From: Octopus bimaculoides
Taxonomy: Eukaryota
Direction: 5' to 3'
DNA: 43,863 bases
Assembly (NCBI RefSeq): GCF_001194135.2
Contig: NC_069002.1
Span: forward strand, 23,763,403-23,807,265
Shown here: positions 36,095 to 43,863 of the stretch, one piece after another
How the letters are laid out: every line of letters begins with the position of its first letter
Position numbering within the stretch: position 1 is the first letter of the stretch
Notes under the pieces: generated by a model
The model's input: the letters and a program-made list of their open reading frames with translations, nothing else
The model's database searches: none
Told to the model about the DNA's origin: nothing
Translations under genes and position numbers: made by a program

Positions 36095-37115
36095 ATTCTG
36101 GTGGTAACCCTTCGTTCTTTGGTTGTATCTTACCATCTTTGCTTTCTTTGCAATGAGGCATTGTTTCAATTCCTCCACTACTACTTTCAGGCCCTTTCTT
36201 TCAATATTATACTTCCTTTTCTGTGCCCTGTATTTTTGTTCACTTTTAAGCTCTCCTTGCTCTTTTCGGTCTAACACAGAGATTTCCTTCGAGAGCATGT
36301 CTAACCCTGCCTGGATTCTTCATTTCCACCATGGGTCTTTACTATTGTCACTCGCATTATGTTTCTTTTTCTTGACATCGACACCCACATTTTCTGCTAC
36401 AACAATATTTGCTGCCTTGATCAAATTATTTGTTTCTGTGATGTTTGTTCTGATGTATTTCAGAATTTCATTGACATTTTTCGTTTCTTGGTTCAATTTC
36501 CATCGATCAACTTTTTTAAGGTTGCAAATAATGTAGCTATCGTTCTCCTGTAGTCTTATCTCTATTCTGTCATAGATTGCCTTTTGTTCATCTGTCATGG
36601 CGCTGTTAGATTTATCGTCTTCTTTTAGATCATCTATATGTCTCTCATCAAGTAAACTACCACTGCTCCTTTCCTGTGCTATGAGATTACTCTTATTAGT
36701 AAGAACTGTATTTTCATTGTTATCTCTGTTGCTATTTTCCATGACCCGTCTTTTGACAACTTCAAGCTCTATTTCTGTGAACCAACAACTTTTTTAATCG
36801 CCCTAGCTTGATGACATAGACTTTGTTCCATGAGTTGAAACAATCCCTTTTCTCTCCAATACATACGTTGTTGGTAACCCCTAATTTGAGCACCATTTTC
36901 ATCAACTGGGCTGCTCAGGTAGTAATGCTCCATGACCACAGCATTAATTTGTTTGCTTCATCTACGCTGTGTATGGTGGTCCCTTTGTGGATATCGACAG
37001 GCTGGAACTGGACCAGAATCTCTGAGCCTATTGGGTGTAACACTGTCACCATCATTGGCTTCAGTTTCATTCCCACCGCTATTCACAATATTTTGTCTTT
37101 TTCATTGTCACTCAT
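36095..37115 (-). mobile_element. N-terminal part of an R4/Dong-type ORF (copy A)
   Basis: Putative ATG at 37115; NAVVMEHYYLS.P...RGYQQRM..WREKGLF...EQSLCHQARAIKK.CWFTEIELE, KVDRWKL, ETNNLIKAA, PWWK, KYNIERKGLKVVVEELKQ..IAKKAKMVRYNQR..YHQN. Confidence 0.75.
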
Positions 37116-37685
37116 ATGAAGTAGCGATTATCAGGTTGCGCAATTACCAGTGTTTTTATTGTGACACCATCACTAGATGTATCATTAATCAGCCCATGAA
37201 GAGGAGGAGGCTCCGCCCATTTCCTTTCATTATTATTATTACTGCTGATATCACAATTATTATTGTTTTTATGTGTAGCAGCAGCAGTGGTTGCAGCAAC
37301 AGCAACAGTAGCAGGGGTGGGGGTAGTGGTAAGGGTGGTAGTTGGGCCTCAGATTCCTGTGCTATCATCATAATAGTAGTAGTTGTAATATTATGGTAGT
37401 GTTAGTTGTATTTAGTATTAGCAGCTGCAGCATATTATTATTATTTTTATTTTTATCATTGTCACCATCACCACCACTACCATTGTTTGAGGAAATAGTT
37501 GGGTAGCAGTTTAGTGAATAGATCATATTCTACAGGTCTATAAATAGACTCAGCAGATATGGGGTGGTCAGCCACCCTTTGGGTCAGCAGAGGTCAAATG
37601 TGTTTACTGCTACCAGTGGCCACTGAGAGCCCTGCCTTGAGAAGAAGCAGTTCAACCTGTTCTATTTGTAATTACTAGTAGAAAA

Positions 37686-37726
<41 letters not shown>

Positions 37727-37744
37727 AATATATGAGTATATGCA

Positions 37745-37920
37745 TATATATGTACATGTATGTATATACGTTCATCTACATGTACATATAGATACATAAC
37801 TGGGCACATGACGTGGCAAATGAACAAGGACAAAATGGTAAACAAGGTGCAACAAACAAGCAGGCCACATAGAAACATCCCCTTCATCAGCTGCCACCAT
37901 TAAAACTCCGGCGTTTCGAA
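37745..37920 (-). mobile_element. Short element inserted in (TA)n, family unknown
   Basis: Unique sequence between (TA)n tracts at ~37695-37720 and ~37921-37945; the minus strand carries TTCGAAACG and CAGCTGATGAAGG. Confidence 0.35.
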
Positions 37921-37965
<45 letters not shown>

Positions 37966-38342
37966 TATATGCACACACACACACACACACATATATATAC
38001 ACACACACATATATACTGATATTCACATCATTGAATTTTTGAATTTCTGAATTCAATTGTGTCGTTGCAATAAATGGTGTGTTTCCGTATTTGGGTAATA
38101 TATTAAAGTTTTTAAGTTTCCCTGAGATGTTCGTTTGTCTATCCAGTTGGAGAATACAGTAGGACTTTTGCAATGAAAAGGATGTTTACATTTTCGAATA
38201 CTCAAAAAGAAAAGAAAACAAGTTGTAGATAGTAAAGTTTTAAGATTTACTAAATATGGTCTTTTGTATGACCGCACAGAGTGAAATGGTAGTGTTCTTA
38301 GAGTAAAAAAGAAAATGATGTTTACATCATCATCATCACCAC

Positions 38343-38393
<51 letters not shown>

Positions 38394-38409
38394 CATCATC
38401 ATCATTATT

Positions 38410-38630
38410 ATTAAGGTAGCAAGCTGGCAGAATCGTTAGTATGCCAGGCAAAGTGCTTAGCAACATTTTGTCCATGTTCTGAGTTCAAATTCTGCTAAAG
38501 TTGACTTTGCCTTTCATTGTTTCTGGGTCAGTAAAATATGTACCATTTGAATACTGGGGTCAATGTAATTGACTTACCCCACTCCCACTAAACTTACCGG
38601 CCTTGTGCCAAGATTTGAAACCATTATTAT
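38410..38630 (+). mobile_element. SINE family C after an (ATC)n/(ATT)n tract
   Basis: AAGGTAGCAAGCTGGCAGAATCGTTAG...CTGAGTTCAAATTCTGC...GGCCTTGTGCCAAGATTTGAAACCATTATT. Confidence 0.8.
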
Positions 38631-39349
38631 TAATGTTGCTGCTGCTGCAGTCAATTTCCATTTTAGTTTTGTAATTTCTAAAAATACATTGTCTCTATTC
38701 TTTTAGTGCCAACCCACCTGTGAACTCACTTGCTTCTCTGATACAATATTCCAGTTTAAAGTGATCCAAATTAAAACCATGATTCAAAATTTCATGTTAA
38801 TTTTTGTTCCAAACACCAGCATAATAATGCCAAAGTTATTTTATTCCATTCTTCATTATTTTCAAGCTTAATTGAAACCAAAACAGTGAATTTCAATAAA
38901 AATATGGTAATGAAAAGTTAAAAAAAAAAAACTAGTGACTTTATGAATGAAAGTTTTCAATTATGTCTGAAGCATAAGGCTGAACAAATTTTGAGTCCAG
39001 ATGCATAATTTGTTAATCAATGCAGCATTATTAACAGTCATTAACCACTATTTGGATTCACAATATCATGTGCCATTACTATTAGTATTATAGCTTAAGG
39101 AAACAATTTATAGCACTCAATTATTAATAATGATTATAATTATTAACAATTATGTATTGTTTGAGAAGACAATGTAATATTATTTATAGTGATCATGCAC
39201 GGATTGGATTTACAGTACCACGTGTGGTTATTAGTACGAATAAAGAAAATTTTAATTTTACCAAATTAAATCAAAGAATTCACTGAACTTCAGCAGGGAG
39301 GACTTTTAGCAGAAAAATATTTACATCCTCTTATATCAATCATTGGATT

Positions 39350-39735
39350 GTGGCAATGCTGGAGCACTGCCTTAAAATGTTTACTCAAATAAATCAATCC
39401 TAGTACTTGCTTTTTAAAGCCTGATTCCTATTTTATCAGTCTCTTTTTGCCAAGCTACTAAGTTACAGGCACACTAACAAACCAACACTGGTTGTGAAGT
39501 TGAACAAACACAAAGACACATGCACACACATACACACATGTGCACTCACACACACCATATACATACACATATACACAATAGGATTCTTTCTGTTTCTGCT
39601 TCCAAATCCATTCATGAGGCTTTGCTTGTCTCAGGGCTTTAGTAGAGGATGCTTGTCCATGGTGCCACACAGTGAGACTGAACCCAGAACCATGTGGTTT
39701 GGAAGCAAACATCATACCACACAGCCACACCTGTG
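39350..39735 (-). mobile_element. SINE family A, near full length
   Basis: The + strand shows ATGCTGGAGCACTGCC...GGTGCCACACAGTGAGACTGAACCCAGAACCATGTGG...ACCACACAGCCACACCTG. Confidence 0.8.
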
Positions 39736-40009
39736 CCTATTAGGTTTTTCATTTTAATATAGTTTTTTTTTTACATGCTCCACAACCATGTTTCATATGA
39801 GAAACATTCAGATTTAATCTTTTAGCACCACTGTTATTAATATATAGAGAAAGGCAATGAGGTGGCAGAATTCTCGTTGCATCACAAAAGCTACTTTGTG
39901 ACATTTCTTGCAGCTCTTGCTGTTCTGAGTTCAAATCTTGCTGTAGTCAACTTCACCTTTCATAACTTTGAGGTTGAGAAAATACCCGTCAAATACTGGC
40001 ATTGACGTT

Positions 40010-40510
40010 GAGCAAGTTTTTTCTATTGTAGCCTCAGACCAACCAAAGCCATGTGAGTGGAATTAGTAGACGGAAACTGAAAGAAGCCCATCATATATNN
40101 NNNNNNNNNNNNNNNNNNNNNNNNNNNNNNNNNNNNNNNNNNNNNNNNNNNNNNNNNNNNNNNNNNNNNNNNNNNNNNNNNNNNNNNNNNNNNNNNNNNN
40201 NNNNNNNNNNNNNNNNNNNNNNNNNNNNNNNNNNNNNNNNNNNNNNNNNNNNNNNNNNNNNNNNNNNNNNNNNNNNNNNNNNNNNNNNNNTGTGTGTGTG
40301 TGTGTGTGTGTATGTATGTGTGTGTCTTTGTGTCTGTGTTTTTCCCCCACCATGCTTGACATCCGATGTTGGTGTGTTTATGTCCCCGTAACTTCACAGT
40401 TCAGCAAAAGAGACTGATAGGCTTGCAAAAAATAAGTTCTGGAGTTGATTCATTTCACTAAAACCCTTTAAGGCGCTGCTCCAGCATGGCCACAGTAAAA
40501 GAAAAGAAAA
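40010..40510 (+). mobile_element. SINE family A (5'-truncated) spanning a gap
   Basis: GAGCAAGTTTTTTCTATTGTAGCCTCAGACC...GGCGCTGCTCCAGCATGGCCACAG. Confidence 0.75.
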
Positions 40511-40789
40511 AGAATAAAAGAGAAATTTATTTGAAATATAAATTCTTTGAATATTTTCATAAACAAACTTATCTTGTCTAACATAACTCATCCTTAGATT
40601 AGGTTTCACTAGATTAAATTAGTTTTTTCTGAAAATATACAAAATATGCAGTCATGATAATGTGTCTCAATAGACTTTTTCTAAGTAAATTAAACAATTA
40701 TTTATATTGATTGGTTAATCGGTTATTTATACAATAAACACAAAGGTTTTATCTTCAAAACAAAATTTATTTTAAACCATTTTAATGAT

Positions 40790-41017
40790 TGAACTTGAAG
40801 TAGATGAAACTATAAATAATTTTTTCTACAAATGTCACGAGGCCTGACATTTTGAGGGAAGGGGACCAATTGATTACATTGATCCCAGTTCCCTGCTGAT
40901 ACTTATTGATCCTGATAGAATGAAAGACAAAGATGACCTCAGTGGTGTTTGAACTCAGAACAAGAGGAATGTTGCTAAGCATTTCGTCCAGCATACTAAT
41001 GACTCTGCCAGCTCACC
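40790..41017 (-). mobile_element. SINE family C
   Basis: The + strand ends CTGCCAGCTCACCATCTTAATAATAAT. Confidence 0.75.
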
Positions 41018-41029
41018 ATCTTAATAATA

Positions 41030-41325
41030 ATAATTGAAATCGCTAAGGTGTGACAGCTATGAGAGTCAAACGTAAAGGTTATCCCTATTGTCATCGGAGC
41101 ATTGAACTCAATACTGCCCAATCTGAAAGAAATATCTGGAAACTTTAAAAATAGCCTACAATCTAGATGTATTGCAAAAGTTGGTATGACTTGGAACTGC
41201 ACACGTATTGCTAAAGTACTGTCTGTCTGAGGTCCTTGTTGTGACTTGACAAAATGTACAAACCCATGGTAGACACAATATCTTCAATCAACAACCTCAT
41301 GATATTGTATACTGTGTGATGTCTA
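41030..41325 (+). mobile_element. Extreme 3' end of a second R4/Dong subfamily
   Basis: VKVIPIVIGALNSILPNLK...LETLKIAYNLDVLQK...LGTAHV..KVLSV* followed by a 3' UTR and (TAA)n. Confidence 0.65.
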
Positions 41326-41336
41326 TAATAATAATA

Positions 41337-41810
41337 ATATCATCGGAAACGATAATGCAAAGATCTTATGGGATTTTATGATTCAGTGTGACCATGAGAT
41401 AGAGAATAGGAAGCCAGACATAGTCTTAATTGAAAAAGAAAACAAACTATACTGGATTATGGATATAGCATACCCAGTGACAACAAGGTATGCAATAAGG
41501 AAGAAAGAAAAGGCGATAGGTATGACAGGTTAGCTTGGGAAGTAAAGCAGTTGTGGTTGATGAAAAATGTGGTAGTAATACCATTAATTGTTGGGGCCCT
41601 GGGAACAGTGAGTAAAAACCTTGAGAAGTACATGGAACAAATAGGGGCTCCAATAAGGGTGAAGCACTTGCAGAAAACAACACTGCTTGGAACCGCCCCA
41701 ATACTCCGGAAGGTGCTCGAAAAATAAGAGGGGTTACCTTAGTTCACTGGTGGTGAACAGCTGGCACCATAGTACATCTCCAGCGTTAGAAGCTGTGCAA
41801 AGGCAATGAT
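41337..41810 (+). mobile_element. 5'-truncated R4/Dong RLE 3' end, same family as 10864-11526
   Basis: NDNAKILWDFMIQCDHEIENRKPDIVLIEKENK...VIPLIVGALGTVSKNLEKYMEQIG...LQKTTLLGTAPILRKVLEK*; 3' UTR nearly identical to the reverse complement of 10870-10950. Confidence 0.85.
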
Positions 41811-41814
41811 AATA

Positions 41815-42237
41815 GTAATCCTTTCTACTGGAGGCACAAGGTCTGCAATTCTGGAGTAGGGGACTAGTCGATTACATCAGCCCCTGTGTTTCATTGGTAC
41901 TTAATTTATTGATCCCAAAAGATGAAAAGCAAAGTTGACCTCAGTGGAATTGCTACTAAGCAATTATCTCAGCATGCTAACGATCCTGCCAGCTCACCGC
42001 CTTAATGATAATGATAATAATGCTTTCAAATTTTGATGCAAGACCAGCAGTTACAGAGGAGGGAGTAAGCCATTTACATCAACCCCCAGTGCTCAACTGG
42101 TATTTTATTTTATCAACCCTGAAAGGAGCAAAGGTAAAGACGATCTCAGCAGAGTTTGAACTCAGAATGTAAAGATAGATGAAATGCAGCTAAGTATTTT
42201 GTCTGGCATGCTAACGATTCTGCTAGCTCACTACCTT
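41815..42237 (-). mobile_element. Two tandem SINE family C copies (41815-42003, 42020-42237)
   Basis: Both end on + in CTGC.AGCTCAC..CCTTAAT.AT.AAT. Confidence 0.8.
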
Positions 42238-42279
42238 AATAATAATAATGATGATAATAATAATTTTAATAATAATAAC

Positions 42280-43247
42280 AACAAGAGTACTCAGAGAGTG
42301 CAAACCTCTGCCAAGGCAACACCAATGTCCTCTCAATGATTAGCTAGAGATGATTTTTAAAATGAGAATATCTGAAATAAACTTGACTGCTCTCACAAAT
42401 GAGAATACTAAAAATGAACCCAACTGCTCTCAAAAATTAAGTAAACAAACAGGAAAAATAATCCAGAATCCTTGTCCTTTACTGGATCGATCCCAATGGT
42501 AGTCATGGAATGTGAAGGTGGGTGTGTAAGTCACGTTTGTAATGCTGAGTGTGTGTCATCTTCAGTGAGAGCAGGGACAGTTTTCTCTGTGAAGGCCTTT
42601 TTTAGTCTGTCCACTGATATAGTGTCTTTACAACCATTAAATTCTATAGTGAAAAAATTATCCATGCATGGAAGAAAATGGAAAGGACCTGCATGTGGTA
42701 CTGTTAACGGAGGTTTAACATTGTTGCACATAAAAATGTGAGTCCAAGAAGTAAAGTTTCCTTCAAAGCAGAGCTAGAAATGCAATTGTCAAGTAGGTAA
42801 GAGGTTTTAAACAGGAGCGATATATTCGAAATTGGTAAAATTAAAAATTGTTGAGGATAAATTCAATTTATTATTGCTACTGAATATGTTGGTGTTATTT
42901 AATATCTGAGACGCGAGTAAAATTAATAATAGAGAAATGAAATACTGTCATAACTTATATGGAAACTATGAGTGTGCTTTCAAGGGAGATGATCAGAGAA
43001 AGACTTGAAAGTCAATGTAAGATCATAATACTTCATGTAAAGTAAAGTAAACATAACAATTAATCCAGAATTCTTGTCTGGTACTAAATCGATCCCAAAA
43101 TCTAATCAGTTTGTGCCAGTTATGAAGTCAAACATCCTTGAAGGTTTCTTTTGAATCCATCCAGTGGTTCGTGAGATATCTTGTCCACAGACAAACAAAC
43201 AAACACAACTGAAAACAACATCTCCACATTCACTAAGGCAGAGATAG
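42280..43247 (+). mobile_element. Helentron/DINE-1-like non-autonomous element in two pieces (42280-42495, 43062-43247)
   Basis: 5' AACAAGAG...ACCTCTGCCAAGG; 3' (AAAC)n then the degenerate palindrome ATCTCCACATTCACTAAGGCAGAGATA, a subterminal inverted repeat plus 3' hairpin layout. Confidence 0.45.
42595..42760 (-). pseudogene. Gypsy integrase C-terminal (GPY/F) fragment
   Basis: THIFMCNNVKPPLTVPHAGPFHFL..MDNFFTIEFNGCKDTISVDRLKKAF resembles HVFVRxDxVRxPLxPPYxGPFxVL...NGxxDTVSxDRLKPA. Confidence 0.75.
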
Positions 43248-43249
43248 TA

Positions 43250-43283
<34 letters not shown>

Positions 43284-43689
43284 CAATGATAATGTTTGTG
43301 GTCATCATAGAACTTGTGGAATGTAACCATGCCTTTATTTTCTGATGGTCAATATTTACTGTTTGTGTGACTAATAAGTCCATAACTACTTTTCTAAAAT
43401 TGCTGGAGTGTTGAGTAAAATATCTTGACACATTCAGTTATGCACATTTAGATTCTGAGTTCAAATCTTGCCGAGGTCAGCTTTACAATTGACCCTTATT
43501 GCTGTTGCTGATTGTGAAAACTTATGAACTAAGGAAGCCTTCGATTTTTCCATCTAAAGGGGTTTTCAACCCTCTACTTACAAACTATTGTTTATAGCGT
43601 CATCTACTTTAAGTTCTGCAGTTAAAAACAAATTATTTCATGTTCTCTCAAAGTTTCTAAATTCTTATGACATTCTTTCTTGTACTCTT

Positions 43690-43863
43690 TTACTTGTTTC
43701 AATCATTTGACTAGAGCACTGCCTTGAATGGTTTTAGTTGAACAAATTGAATCCAGGACTTATTTTATTTCTTTTTTTAAGCCTGGTACTTACCCTATCA
43801 TATCTCTTTGCCGAACCACTAAGTTATGGGGATGTAAACACATTATACTGGTTGTCAGGTAGG
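43690..43863 (-). mobile_element. SINE family A, 3' part
   Basis: TTTACTTGTTTCAATCATTTGACT...GCCTGGTACTT...TTTGCCGAACCACTAAGTTATGGGGATGTAAACAC. Confidence 0.75.

Noticed and set aside
37315-37345. G-rich tract as a G-quadruplex
   Set aside because: Part of a GGT/CAG cryptic microsatellite with irregular G-runs; no evidence of function.
37875-37920. GAAAC followed by CTGATGA on the minus strand as a permuted (type II) hammerhead
   Set aside because: No helix I hairpin can form between the two cores, there is no UH triplet, and helix II pairing is poor. At best these are halves of two truncated motifs.
634-40397. Long ORFs containing X runs (e.g. 11698-12877, 13012-14113, 23779-24909)
   Set aside because: Artefacts of N gaps (916-1349, 11833-12737, 13239-13790, 15446-15808, 20639-20888, 22639-22738, 23953-24810, 25584-25653, 28791-28921, 29791-29800, 40099-40290) plus flanking microsatellites.
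118-43431. Poly-His, poly-Ile, poly-Asn, poly-Asp, (HT)n, (YI)n and (CV)n ORFs
   Set aside because: Translations of (CAT)n, (ATT)n, (CA)n and (TA)n microsatellites; no splice or domain support.

Overview
Repeat-saturated, AT-rich eukaryotic DNA with 11 assembly gaps (N runs) and many microsatellites. The interspersed repeats resemble those I recall from coleoid cephalopods, most likely Octopus; this is inference from memory, not a database search. The only host coding sequence I can support is one 129-nt phase-0/0 exon (30980-31108, +) of a Sac-domain phosphoinositide phosphatase of the INPP5F/Sac2 type, so the window is probably almost all intron. The rest is several tRNA-derived SINE families, R4/Dong-type non-LTR fragments sitting in (TAA)n, a degenerate near-full-length Penelope-like element (RT + GIY-YIG), a Gypsy LTR+gag, a Gypsy integrase scrap, a Tc1/mariner fossil and MITE/Helentron-like pieces. 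The most interesting signal is a set of three different minimal type-I hammerhead-ribozyme(-like) motifs (1751-1793, 28653-28690, 30352-30397). The last sits in a composite element linking a Pol III B-box, the hammerhead and a 3' tail shared with the nearby Penelope element, which makes it a candidate Penelope-dependent ribozyme-bearing SINE/retrozyme. That Penelope may also carry a Ulp1/C48-peptidase-like segment upstream of RT. Repeat boundaries were read by eye and are approximate.
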